Source: Malacoraja senta
Lineage: Eukaryota
Reading direction: 5' to 3'
NCBI GenBank assembly: GCA_038087875.1
Contig: CM075979.1
Location: 9,610,001-9,674,000 of the forward strand
DNA length: 64,000 nucleotides
Below the pieces are notes generated by a model. It was not told where the DNA came from and made no database searches. It was given only the letters and a program-made list of their open reading frames with translations. The stretch's first letter is position 1; every line of letters begins with the position of its first letter. Both the position numbers and the translations under genes were made by a program. Shown piece after piece: positions 11,591-24,480 of the stretch.

Positions 11591-14139
11591 TGGAAGCTCA
11601 AAATACAAAGAACTTTAAAATTTCCTGAATTCTATGTACAATTATAAAATATTCTGTCTGTTTTGCATACTTTAATTACATTTATTTCTTAACTAAGGGC
11701 AAGAGACAATGACATTTCTTAGACAATTTTGACAGCATCCTACTGTAAATTAATTTTCCGAAAAACTATTGGTCCACTTTAGAATGCAAGACAGATTTTA
11801 AATTACATTAGCTTTTCTCTTCCTCAGTTGCATTCACTTCTTCCAAATGTTGTGGACTATCCATCAAGATATCATCCTTGCAGCATAATGGCTGAATCTG
11901 GTCACCAACTTCCTTGACATGAATGGTTCGTTCAGGTTGACATTCAGGGTCCTTATATGGTTATCAAATATAAGAATCCAAGTTATATTTGATAACAATT
12001 ATATCAGTTATATCCTCATTACAAAGATATTCTGGGATAAACTATGTCCTCTATCACTGCCAATAGATAGAAATCTCAGAATCGAACCGACAATATTCTT
12101 GGTCTGCAAAAACTTAAAGAATTTCAAATAACGATTGAGAAAATAAAAGAATGGATACACGTTTGTAACCAAGTTCATCCAGAACCAGAATGGATAGATA
12201 ATCCATATTGTCTTCCAATTGACCTCCTCACCTCCTACATGCTAGTCTTCAGCCAAGTTGATTTGCTCTATGGAATATTGAGAAATGTCTGAACTGAAAT
12301 GCTCATAAACTCCTGGATCAGTTTGTTTGCTCTATGTAATCTGTTGGTGCTGTACAACATTGTCCAAAAATAAAGATCCTGGAAACTGTGGACCACAGGA
12401 CCCTCTGCTCAACAAATACGGATGGAGGTGATGAAGTTAATTGCAGCCTGCATTGCAACAGTTCAGCCTTTAACCATTTGAGAAGGAGTAAAATGAAGGA
12501 GAAGTGTCGAGGATGGCATGGGGAAGAGCAAATCGCTCTGCAGGAACTGATGACATGGAACTAATAGCCTTCTTCTATGTTGTAATGAGTGTTTATCCAG
12601 TTGCAAATCCTCTATTAATGAAGCAAGTTCTGGCCTGAAATGTGGCAGATAATGTCCTTACTTCATATGTGCCAGGGGATGACCACCATCAGTAACACAG
12701 AGTCCCATCAGCTCCCTAACAATTTTCAAAGCTTGCAGTATGCGCTATTTGCATGCTCTTTGCTGGGGTACATGCTATATGGTACAGTATGTATTAACAG
12801 CACATCAGTGATGGATGATATCAAATTTTAGCCAGTGTTAGCTAACTAACATTATGCTGAATATTAGCTGGACTCCTGATATGCCAAATTGCTTTGACCT
12901 TGATATGCCAAGCTGGTTCAGTCTGGTGTAGTCTAAGCTTTGTACATGGTGAAATGGCTATAGGGAGTTAGCTGAGCAACAGGTAACATTCACCAGGAAG
13001 TGAACCACTCCACATAGAATGTTCCAGTAGTCATTCCAATTATTTCGTTATAGAGTCACATTTTCTAATCATTACTAGGATGCCAAGTGTATGCTCTATG
13101 CCATTCTGTGAGGAACACTGCTGCAGTATTGACCATCTGAAATTAGCTATACTTCATATCCATTCTGGTTCAATCTTGACACTGTTGTTAAAATTACAGA
13201 CAAAGACATTGATATTTATTGAGCAGATTTCTGTTGAGCAGGCTGAATATCAACACCCAACACCACACACTAATATTCTCTGGTCACTGAACTTTAAGCC
13301 ATCGTTTTGTCAGACTTCACCTACTCTAGCAAATCTGGTTGCCAAGGCCTCAAACATCATTGTCCCTGCAACCACCCCTCTCCTTTCCCACCCCACAAAC
13401 ATTGAAGTTTAATCTTTTTGATAATTCACCAAAAGTGTTGCTACGGAAAACACAATGTGTCAGCCTGCTTTTAAAATACAACATTTAATTATTCACGCCT
13501 TAACTATTTTTTCTCCTCTTGTTCAGTTCCTTCCAGCCTTTGAAACTTTCTGATGCCTTCCACGTCCATAAAAAAAAAAGTTTCTGAGAAGTAATTATCT
13601 CCTCTAACAGGGCACATCAATTTCCTTCATCCAGAACAGGACAGTTTATGTGGTTTCCACAAACAAAGGCATGACTAGCTTACATCCATCACCACCCACT
13701 TCCAGCGCAGCCTGGCTGAATTTGATCTTACGTTGAACAACTCGTGAGTTGACATCTCTCTTGACTACACCTGCCTTTTCATTGAATAAACAGAATAATA
13801 CGTGGTCAACCACAGACAAAAAAAAAGAGCAGGCAGGTTGTTCAGGAGACCCATGAGGGCATCTTGCTCTCTAACCAGTAATCAGTTATGAATAATGATG
13901 GGGGAGAAGAATCCCCTGGGGAATGCAGCCAGGGCCAAGGCCATAATGCCATGGGTGGATCGGCTGTACAGGGAGTAAAGTAAAAGGTCAAGAAAGCAAT
14001 AGTTAACGGGATTTTGCACAGAGGTGTAGGCAGGCATTTCTGCAATAGCTCATGTTATTCTACAATGATGCATTTCTGCTTGATGCCAGGATCAGGATAT
14101 CACAGCACATCTGTCGAACGTTAGGGCTTTATGGCAAAG

Positions 14140-15090
14140 AAATGGTAGATGGGGGCGGAGAAATGGCAGATGGAGGTGGCGAGATGGCAGATGGAGTTTA
14201 ATCCGAGTAAGTATGAGGTATTGCAGTTCGGGAGGTCGAATGTAAGGGGAAAGTATTAAAGATCATTAAAAGCATTGACATGCAGAGGTATCTTGGGGTT
14301 CAAGTCCATAGCTTCCTGAAAGTGACAACATAAGTAGATAGAGTGGTAAAGAAAGTAAATGATATGTTTGCCTTGATCAGTCGAGATATTGAGTATGTCA
14401 GGATGTTGTGATGCAGCTCTATAAGACTAGTTTGGCTACATCTGGAATATTGCGTGCTGTTCTGGTCGCTCTATTACAGGATGAAGAGACTTTGGAGATT
14501 ACAGAAGAGGTTTACTAGAATGCTGCCTGGATTAGGGCATATTAGCTACAAGGAGAGGTTGGACAGACTTGGATTGTTTGTTCTGGAGCATTGGAAGATG
14601 AGGGGAGAACAGATAGATATATATAAATTTACAAGAGCCATAGATAGGGAGACAGTCAGAACATTTTTCTCCAGGGTGAAATGTCAAAGACTAGAGGGCA
14701 TATATTTAAGGTGGAAAGGATAAAGTTTAAAGAAAATGTGTGGAGCATTTTACACAGAGTGGCGGGTGCCTGGGGCATGCTGCCAGGGGTGAAGACAGGT
14801 GATAGGGGCTTTTTAAATAGGCACAAAGTCATGCAGTCTGAAGAAGGGTCTCAACCCGAGACGTCACCCATTCCTTTTCTCCAGAGATGCTGCCTGTCCT
14901 GCTGAGTTACTCCAGCATTTTGTGTCTACCTTCGATTTAAACCAGCATCTGCAGCTCTTTCCTACACATAGGGAATTGAGAGATATGGATCATGTGCAGG
15001 CAGATAAGATTAGTTTATCTTGGCATCATGTTTGGCACAGTCGTGGGCAGATGGGTCTTTTTTTGTGTCATACAATTCTATATTCTACGT
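14140..15090 (+). mobile_element. CR1 LINE 3' fragment, interrupted at about 14837-14968 by a Penelope-terminus repeat
   Basis: ORF 14454..14723 (LQKRFTRMLPGLGHISYKERLDRLGLF) is CR1 ORF2 C-terminus, followed by a CR1/HE1-type tail. A roughly 21-bp unit is triplicated at the 5' junction (about 14139-14198). Confidence 0.85.
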
Positions 15091-15570
15091 TCATTCTGGA
15101 GGAGAAGACTAAGCTGTGAGGGTTTTCATCAATACTGAAAACAATGGTAGAAAAAAGAGTTTGTAAAGAGATTTAGAAGTTGCACTTTAAAGGTAGTCCT
15201 AGATCCATGCACCAGCCATGACCAAAAAAGGTGAATAACACAGATGAAAGCATAGCTAGAGAATTAATACAGGTGGGTGGGGGTTGCATTCCCAGAGCAA
15301 TGGAACCAGTGCTGTGGAACGTGGAATCTGTACAGGCCAGTAAGAGCCAATATCATCACGTCATTTTACCAGTACTGCTAGGTTGGATTTAAAGGGAAGG
15401 GAATTCGAAAGCTGAGCAAAGATTCAGAAAGGATGAATGGAAGTGGAAGGTTGAAAACTAAAGCGATATTTTTTAAATGAAAAGGGACAAAAAAGGTGTC
15501 TGATCTGCTTAATGCCAATATTTTAGTTTTAGTTTAGTTTTAGAGATACCGTGCGGAAACAGGCCCTTCG

Positions 15571-16198
15571 GTGGTGGGTGAGAAGACTTTTTATGTAGGT
15601 GGGGGCAAGCCCATTGAGGGCTTTGTAGACATGGAGGAGGATCTTGAAGTTTATATGGAACCGCACCGGGAGCCAGTGGAGAGAGGCCAGGATCGGGGTG
15701 ATGTGGTCCCTTTTTCGGGTGCCCGTCAGGAGTCTCGCTGTGGCGTTTTGGACCAGTTGCTGGCGGGACAGGGAAGATTGGCTGATGCCAGTGTAAAGGG
15801 AGTTGCAGTAATCTAGGCGGGAGGAGATGAATGTATGGATGATCTTTTCGAGGTCATCAAACTGGAGGAATTGTTTTATTTTAGCTATCGTCCGAAGCTG
15901 AAAGAAGCTAGCTTTTACCATGGCATTGACTTGGTTGTCAAATTTCAGTGCCGAGTCAAATATCAAGCCAAGGTTTCTTACGTGAGGTTTGGGTAGTGGG
16001 GTAAGGCTTCCAAGGCTGCCTGCTATCATTTTGATTGAGTCCGAGGGGCCGAGAAGGATGACCTCAAACTTACTCTCGTTTAGTTGGAGGAAGTTCTGGG
16101 TCATCCAACACTTTATATCCTCGAGGCAGCGGGTAAGGTTAAACAGATTTGATTGGTTTTTGGGCTTCAGGGGGAGATAGAGTTGTGTATCGTCTGCG
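15571..16198 (-). mobile_element. L2-clade LINE reverse transcriptase C-terminal fragment
   Basis: ORF 15529..16257 contains YADDTQLY, SRLDYCNSL and HITPILASLHWLPV, which are hallmark L2 ORF2 motifs, with no internal stop. Confidence 0.9.
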
Positions 16199-16508
16199 TA
16201 GCGATGGAGATTGCCTACGGCTGCCCTCGACTGCCTATAACTACATGGCGACCCCACTCCTCTGCACTACGAGTTCAAAAGAACCATGCCGACCAATTTT
16301 TACTCACGGAAGTTTTTTCAACATGCTGAAAAATTTTCCTCCACCAAACTGAGGCCGCAAGTATGCGGGAACTTCCCTCGAGCATGAACGAGAGTTCCAG
16401 TGACCTCAAATGACCTCCTAGGACCACGTGTCGACCATGCTGCGAGTTTGAGTCGAGGGCAAACTCTTCTAAACTCGCAGATTAGATCGCCGCAGTGGGA
16501 CAGCCCCT
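16199..16508. mobile_element. One arm of a PIF/Harbinger-like MITE (same subfamily as 4089-4582)
   Basis: Reverse complement of about 4089-4392; ends in TIR gcagtgggacagcccct followed by TAA (16509-16511). Confidence 0.8.
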
Positions 16509-18699
16509 TAACACTATCCTACACACACTAGGGACAATTTACACTTATACCGAGTCAATTTACCAAAATACTTGTATGTCTTTGTAGTGTGGGAGGAAAC
16601 CGAAGATCTCGGAGAAAACCCGCGCGGTCAAATTCCATCGAGACAGCACCCGTAGTCGGGATTGAACCTGGCTCTCTGGCGCAGCAAGCACTGTAAGGCA
16701 GCAACTCTACCGCTGCACAACCGTGCCGCAGAATGGCAAAAAGCATAGTGAATAAAGCAGATGAGCGCACTAAAAGTTGCTTAGAAGTATGACATCACAG
16801 CTATTATAGAGATGAGGCAGATGGAGGATTAGCACTGGAAGCTATTGTAACAGGTTCCAGAGTTTTCAGATGTTTTCAGATGTGCTCTCCTGAGCTCTCC
16901 TTGTGCTCAGGAGAGCACAACAAAGGGCAGTCATGAATAAGGAAGTGACAATATTTTTGTTTTAATGCTTTTTTCCAGACCTATGTACCGTTGGCAAGGT
17001 CAACATGTACTGCTCAACCTTAAATGTCCTCCAACAGAGTAGCTTGCTGGTTATTTCAAAGGACCTTTAAGAGTCAACCACATTGCTCCAGGTCAAGAGT
17101 GATCTATAGGCCACGCTGCATAAAAAATCTCAAATCTCAGGAATGTTACAACGATTATCGAGAAAAAGGGAACAATAAAGATGTACTGCAGACCACAAGC
17201 AGTCTGAAGGAAATAAAAAAACAAATTTGTAAACACATTTCTGATAAATGCAAAAACATTAGGGCAGTAACATGTGGGAATTTAATTTATCGTAATATTA
17301 ACCAGGATACTGTCTGTGTAAACAGTTTCAAGAAGTTGCAGATTACAGAAGAACCCTTTAAACTAATTACCAAGCGAGACTAACCAGAGGAGTAACGAGG
17401 GGAAATTCTGGTTTTAGTTCTAGGAAATGAAGTTGGATACATGGTATGAGTTTTAGTTTGAGAGCGTTTTTGACATCTTTCAATCAGGTTTAAAATATTT
17501 ATGGAAAAGGACCAAGATAAAATAGAAATAAAGTGATTAAATTAGAATCAGCCCAATTGTTCAAGATGGCAGCTTACTTAAAAACCTTTTCCAGGGCAAT
17601 TGGTGATAGGCAATAAATGATGATCCTTGGCAGTAAGATCCCAACAATAACAAAGTCCTTCTCGTCTTTCCTACCTTCCATGTTACAGTAGAAATCAGAT
17701 AATCTGGCAATTGATTATTCGGAAATCCTAATGGTCCATCATCTGGTTCACTCATGGAATGTGAGCTGGGGTTCTAGAATGCATATACATGCATAGGGTT
17801 TGCATAGGGTCTATGGCCAAAGCCAAGGGTCTGGAGGGTAGCCAGGGCTGGGGATAAGGTGTGTGGGTGGAGCTGGGTTGGTTCTGGACTACCATGAGTT
17901 ACAAAAGTGAACACATTTGCAAATACAGCCAGGGACTCGAGTGCTTGTAAATTTATCACTCCAGTTAAGTTCATTGGATTCATTGGAAAATTTGTTGTAT
18001 GACTGTTGTATAAATAGAGGGTATTATTTGGAGTAACATCCAATAATCCGGAAAGCTTGCTAGTCTAGAATCACCAATGTTGAGTTTTATTGCAATACAA
18101 ATCTTAGGTTTTATTCTTTCCTTCTTACTCTTACCCACTCCTTCATCACCACTTTCCCTGCATCTATACTTGGTTGCTACTTCTTTAACATTTTCCAGTC
18201 CTAACAATACATATTGGGCTGAAATCTGAACTTTATTTCTCCACTTTATTTTATCCTTTCCTTTACTGGAAAAAAGTTATATTGATGATGATAATCACCA
18301 CTCACTTTGCTGTCAACAACACATGCTAGATCAGGTGTACATTTTCAGGTACGTTATCCTTGGCTCTTTACAATCTACATATCGAATTGATACCAAAATA
18401 TAATGCTGTGTAATTTCAATGCAGACTTATTATTGGAAATATCAAGTGGTGGTGATTCACATGTTTATTGGCTAGCAAATGCCACTGCATTTCAACTCAT
18501 GCCATTGACCTCAAACATAATAATGTCCACATTTATCTAGAAGTTCAGTCTGTTCACTGTGCCCTATTTCACTCATTTCTCATCCAGGGTCTCAACCCGA
18601 AATTTCACCCATTCCTTCTCTCCAGAGATGCCGCCTGTCCCGCTGAATTACTCCAGCATTTTGTGTCTACCATTTCTCATCCAATGCTGCTGTGTTTCT

Positions 18700-19090
18700 G
18701 CTTGAGTTAGCATGTACCAAGATATAGTGAAAAGATTTGTTTGCATGCTATCCAGGCAAATCATAGCATATATGGTAAACTCAAGCTGTACACAAGTATC
18801 ACACGTATTGCGAAGAGAAAAATACCAGAACACAGAGTATAGTGTTACAGCATTGAAGCGTTACAGTTCCAAATGAAAAATGCAAGGTCCACACTCAGGT
18901 AGGTTGGAAGATTAATTTATGGGAGGACCATTCAATAACAGGCAAGAAGCTGTTCCTGAATCTGGTGGTATGTGCTTTCAAGCTTTTATATATTCTGCCT
19001 AATGGGAGAGGGGAGAAGAAGAAATGACCGGATTGATAACGGTCCTTGATGGTGGCTGTTTTTTTCAAGTCGTGTGAAGTGCAGACGGAG
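18700..19090 (-). mobile_element. Degenerate Rex1/Babar-like LINE 3' end
   Basis: ORF 18895..19146 contains IKDRYQSGHFFFSPLPLGRIYKSLKAHTTRFRNSF, similar to the C-terminus of the Rex1 copies at 40 kb and 59.6 kb. Confidence 0.7.
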
Positions 19091-21029
19091 TTTGGAAGAT
19101 ATTGCCATCTCCCATAACAATGTTTTGTTAATGGTACACAGTGCATCCAAAGAGTAGGGCCTGAATATGTACTGTAACGAATTGGTGGTAAATGTGATGA
19201 AAGGTTCTATATGAATGAAAATCTTTCTTTCTTATTAAATGCAGTGGTTCTCCATGATATAAATGCAAACTAGAATACTAAAGTGGGAAATACGGTAATA
19301 TTTGCTGCTGTGAGACCAGGAATGAATATGTGTATCTTCGGTATATCTGGCCCTCAGCAGAGACAGAATTTTACAGGACTAGGAACAAGGGATAAGATCC
19401 TGCACATGAGAAAAAGATGGCATGGCGTATGGCAAATAACTTTTTTTTTTCCTTCTTCAATTTTTGACCTGCCATTTCAGATGTTTCCTCTGCAAATCAG
19501 TGATGAAATGTCAATGTGTACCTGAGAGTATATGTCACTTGAATTTATTTTTGGTTACAAACTTTAAACTCTTGTTTCTTACTTCAATCCAACTATTTCT
19601 CTGCCTTCGTCTCTTTTGTTTGTTCACTTTCCTGCTCTTTGTTTATAGCTGCTTTTTTCAAACACTCCCATCATTTTATGACTCATTCTGCTCCCTCATT
19701 CTTTGTGTTCCGATGACTGTTTAAGCTTGGAACATTTATGCAGGCATACATATACTCTTGCTGCTAATGAATGACAGAAGATAAAATAACCAAAATACAG
19801 AAAAAGAAAAGTTACCTTATTAAGATGACTATTCTTTCCTTAATTATAGGTGAACGAAACTGAGAAAGGAGCTGCTATAAATTGGTACAATTTCACTACC
19901 CTCCCCCTTCTGCTTAAGGGTGCTGAGTTGTGATATAGGCAGCTCAGCCTAAATTATATCAGGATCTCTGAAGATACTTGAATGATACTAATGTGTTAAC
20001 TATTCTGTAATTAGAAAACATACAATGGCATACGTCATAGCTAAACACTCCACTTTATATTGAGGAGTTTAGAGGAAGGCAGGATTCTGTGGATATAATC
20101 CAACAAACATGTGCCACATTATCTTGGATACTTAGAACCTCAGTCAAAACCTCAATAAACCGCCTGAGAATGTGGCATGTGTGCATGCGCACATAAGCAA
20201 AGAAGTTATGGAGCGAGTATGTGCTTATGCATGAAGGAGAGTGGTATGCTTGTTTGCATTATTTGTGGCATCATAAGTCCTTTGGTCCATCAAATAATAT
20301 GCATTATGTCAGGTAACTTACCAGCAAATACGCTGAGATAATGCATATCATCTGATAACTCAAGAAACTTTAAATAAAACTTCAATAAAGCTAACATGCT
20401 TGCGCTCTCTTTGTCTCAAACAAAACCACATTGGAGATTTTGAATAGGATTCTAAATATTAAAGGTAATATGGCAAATATGCTGATTGATACAAGTAGCT
20501 AAATTACGAATCAGAACAAAGCTGTGGGTTGACCCAATTTTTTGAACAGTTTTCAGCTAAAATTCATTACCACCAAGAATTTGTATAGCTATATATTTAC
20601 AATTAAATCTGTATTAGTAATATGGCAGTGACTACTTTGTCAAGTTGTGTCAGAAGCTTCCATGTTCTGCTCTGTTTAAAGCCAGTTGGAATGTGTAAGA
20701 GACACAAGTTAGGGAAGCCTGCAGCAGCCTTAGGGAAAGTCATTGGGATGGCAGTTTTTCTTGTTCACATCAACACCAGTGCTGCTGTAGGCTGTTCTTA
20801 AAATGGAAACATTGTGACATTACCAACCATCAACTAAACAGGAAACAAAATACAAAAGTGAGAGACAATTAAGCAACCAAGGCAGGAGGAGTTCCAAAGG
20901 TATTCCATAACATTTTCAGAAGATCATAAGAAAAATGTGGTAAGTCGGATCCTGATGATCTCATCTCAGATGTCAAGTAAAACCTATTATCTTGGCCTTC
21001 ATAATAAAAAAAAGCAAAAATGTTTTAGA

Positions 21030-21460
21030 TAGCGTTCAGCTTACCTAATCGGGAACGTTTGAGTATGTGTCTAGCTGTATAGGCATCCTTTGGTCAATCA
21101 TCAGAAAATCAAAGGCAATTGGCATAACTCAACTGAAACTTTAATGCCGCATGATTGTGTCGTGTAAGCTCGTTTTGTGCGAGGAGCATTGCAGTTTAGC
21201 AGGGAGATTAACAGACGGACCAAAAGTTGGCCTCCAAACCTTGCCCTGCTGATGCCTCAAGCCCTTTGAAGTCTGACCATCATACCTGGCAAAGCAGCAG
21301 TGGGAACTAGGCTGGTGTCAGCTCTAATCACATTGCTTGCCTCAGCATGGCTAACTACAGGGTGCACTAATTGGCCCAATTGCGGATTATACCTTTTGCT
21401 ACAGATTCAAGACAATAATTTAGTCAAATGATGGTTTTTATCTCCTCCTAATTAAGATTC
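21030..21460. promoter_or_regulatory. Candidate conserved non-coding element (PAX6 downstream regulatory region)
   Basis: Transposon-free and complex. Motifs include TCF/LEF-like ATCAAAG (21108-21114), OTX/CRX-like TAATC (21325-21329) and GGATTA (21384-21389), and paired/LIM homeobox CTAATTGG (21367-21374). Function is inferred. Confidence 0.45.
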
Positions 21461-21879
21461 CAAAGTGGAAAGAAATAGGATTAGACAGGCAGACTTTTTC
21501 GTTGTTTTTCCCTCGATCTTTTAATACTCTGTTCACTTATGTATGTTTAGTTCAACATTTCGTTCCCCCTTTTTAATAAACTTACAAAAACTTTACTCTC
21601 GTCATGCAAATGCACTACTTGCATAATCCCTTAATAACCTTATGTTTAGTAAAACAGCAGTCTGCAATAGAAACTTGTGAAATAAACTAGTTTGCAGTGA
21701 TCTTATAACGTTATACAACAAAAGCTCATTAGTCACTAAATGGGCCTTTCAGTAACATGCCTTCAGTGTATGTGGTGGAATGTATGGAAAGAGGTAATGC
21801 ATAGCTCTCTAAAGTCAAACTGCACTTCTGTGTAGAATGTGCTAACACTTACAAGTTTTTAAAAACATGTGGAGTGTTA

Positions 21880-22638
21880 ATGGTAGACAAAAATGCTGGA
21901 GAAACATAGCGGGTGAGGCAGCATCTATGGAGCGAAGGAAATAGGCGACGTTTTGGGTAGAGACCCTTCTTCAGATTTATGTGGGGGGGGGGCGGTAAGA
22001 AGAAAGGAAGAGGCGGAGACAGTGGGCTGTGGGAGAGCTGGGAAGGGGAGGGGAAAGAAGGGGAAAGCAGGGACTACCTAAAATTGGAGGTCAATGTTCA
22101 TATCGCTGGGGTGTAAACTACCCAAGCGGAATATGAGGTGCTGCTCCTCCAATTTACGGTAGGCTTCACTCTGGCCATGGAGGAGGCACAGGACAGAAAG
22201 GTCGGATTCGGAATGGGAGGGGCAGTTGAAGTGCTGAGCCACCCGGAGATCAGGTTGGTTATTGCAAACCGAGCGGAGGTGTTGGACGAAGCGATCGCCA
22301 AGCCTACGCTTGGTCTCACCGATGTAGAGCAGCTGACACCTAGAGCAGCGGATGCAACAGATGAGGTTGGATGAGGTGCAGGTGAACCTCTGCCGCACCT
22401 GGGATGACTGCTTGGGTCCTTGGATGGAGTCAAGGGGGGAGGTAAAGCGACAAGTGTAACATTTCCTGTGGTTGCAAGGGAAAGTATTGACCAGGGAGTT
22501 ACGGAGGGAACGGTCTCTGTGGAAGGCCGAAAGGGGAGGAGATGGGAAGATATGGCCAGTGGTGGGATCCCGTTGGAGGTGGGGAAAATGTCGGAGGATT
22601 ATTTCTTGGGCGAAAATGTCGGAGGATGATTTGTTAAA
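21880..22638 (-). mobile_element. 5'-truncated Penelope-like retroelement (GIY-YIG endonuclease region and terminus)
   Basis: ORF 22078..22398 reads CTSSNLICCIRCSRCQLLYIGETKRRLGDRFVQH...EEQHLIFRLGSLHPSDMN. It is flanked by the 9-bp direct repeat ggagtgtta (21871-21879 and 22639-22647). Confidence 0.9.
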
Positions 22639-23739
22639 GGAGTGTTATTAATAGTGGCTATTTAATTTGCTACCCAAAATATTTGTAATAAAAGCTCCTT
22701 GCGTAAATAAAAATATATTAGCTGGTTACATTTGCATTGTAGTCGGGGAGCTTGCTGAGCACAAACTGGTTGCCTCATTTTCTACATCACAAATTGATTC
22801 TGTAATGCGCTTTGGTTCCTGATATCGTAAATGACAGACATAAGATACATCTCTGATAATACATTATTTTTTTTGGCCTGTATGAGTCAACAACTCCCTT
22901 TTAGTACTTTATAATAATAATAATAGATTTTATTTATGGGTGCCTATACAAAAGTCTCAAGGACACCTTACAAAACTTTGACATAGGTTTAAATCTACAT
23001 GGATAGAATAATAAGTACATTGGGAAACTGTATTTGTATTGGTAAACTGAGGGACGCATTTTAGCAATCAGTTTTATTTGATCTAGATTGCAGGTTGTGT
23101 GAAAGAAATGAATAAACAAATTGCATTTGCAATTTTTGTAAAGGAATTCAGAAGAAATTAACACTTTCAAATATTTACCTTTTCCTCTGGAGAACACCAG
23201 CATGCTTCAACATTTTTATTGCTGAGCGTGAAATATCTAAATATCTCCATTGAAAGTAAGTTAGGGGAAGTGCAACAGAGTAGCTGATTAACTTGCACTC
23301 AGCAACATTTGTGATATATGCAGGAGGGGACTAATCACCTGTTTAACTGTTTGCTTTAGGTCACCTTTGTTTTTGGTCCTACCAAAATTATTGAGGCAAC
23401 CACATGATTTGGGGTGGGGGGTCTTGTTTAAATAACTTTCACTGGAATTTAAACTGGCAATAAAGATTCAGCAATGTTCACAAATCTGAAAAAGTAGATT
23501 TAAAATACTTCTTTAAGTATCCTAAATGCATTTTTATCAATTTTGCAAGTAGGACATAAAGGTAGAAGCCAAATGTTTGATTTGAACTTTATAAATGAAT
23601 TCAATACAGTACTGAACTAAGCTGGGTGAATGCAAGTTACAGCTTTAAAAAAATCCCATGTATGTTCCTCAACATGAAACTCTTTAAGAATCTTAATTTT
23701 ATGGAAAATTACATTCCATTACATTAATGTGTTAAGAAA

Positions 23740-24480
23740 TCAAAAAGTTATTCCTGACAGACACTTAATTTTATGACTGCTATGTGAGTTGCTAAGTGGG
23801 TATAACAGGGAAGAATCCCAATCAAAACATCTTCAGCACTGCTCCCAAAGTGACCCAATCGGACAATTGCCCACCCGATTAACTATTAACCATTCTCAAT
23901 GCAATTAAATAATGAAAACCACTGATGACCATTAATTAAGAAAAGGGCATCCTAATTGTCAGTGGACTGCGTATTTAATGATTAATAGATTTTTTTTAAA
24001 GGGTAGATTGGGTGGTTGTAGAGGTGGGAGCACAGAAAGCAAAAAAGGATAGAAAAACTGAAAGAAAAAGAGGGATGGTGACAACAGTTGCCTTATCAAG
24101 TGGTTAGTTAAGAGGCCAGAGGGTCATTGAAGGGCCACAGTGGTCACTCCAGGGTGAAGTACCAAACACCAAAGCGATGCCAACCCAAATTGACCAGCAG
24201 CTAGTGAATAAGACAAAATATGCTAATTTATTTGTGCTGCATTCCCTTGTATAAGCTGAAATAGCCAAGACAAGTGGCCTGCTTAAATGCTTTCCACTTG
24301 ACAGGAGATTAAATAATATGGTTTGTCAGGGCTGCCCACTTATTTTATCTCCAGTGAAGACTCTACACAAGGACTAGAGAAGAAATAATTATCACATCAC
24401 AAAAAGCCACTCCTCAAATACGCACTCACCTTTTCATGCTTAGTTAATTAATACTTCAGCCTTAATTGGTTAACAGTTGT
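23740..24480. promoter_or_regulatory. Candidate conserved non-coding element, dense in homeodomain sites
   Basis: Cluster of TAAT/ATTA cores (gattaac, caattaaataat, cattaattaag, cctaattgtcag, ttaatgattaat, gttaattaat, cttaattggttaac) about 1 kb beyond exon 9. Function is inferred. Confidence 0.45.

Larger units (their letters stand above)
15522..16729 (-). mobile_element. HE1-like tRNA-derived V-SINE split by nested L2 and MITE fragments
   Basis: The tail (tttagtttagtttagagataccgtgcggaaacaggcccttcgg) is at 15522-15571 and the body and head are at 16509-16729, with a B-box-like ggttcaatccc on the minus strand. The pieces are collinear with the intact copy at 45317-45656. Confidence 0.8.

Noticed and set aside
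15529-16257. 242-aa ORF as a novel host gene
   Set aside because: It is an L2 RT fragment whose start and stop come by chance from the flanking MITE and SINE; there is no promoter or splice evidence.
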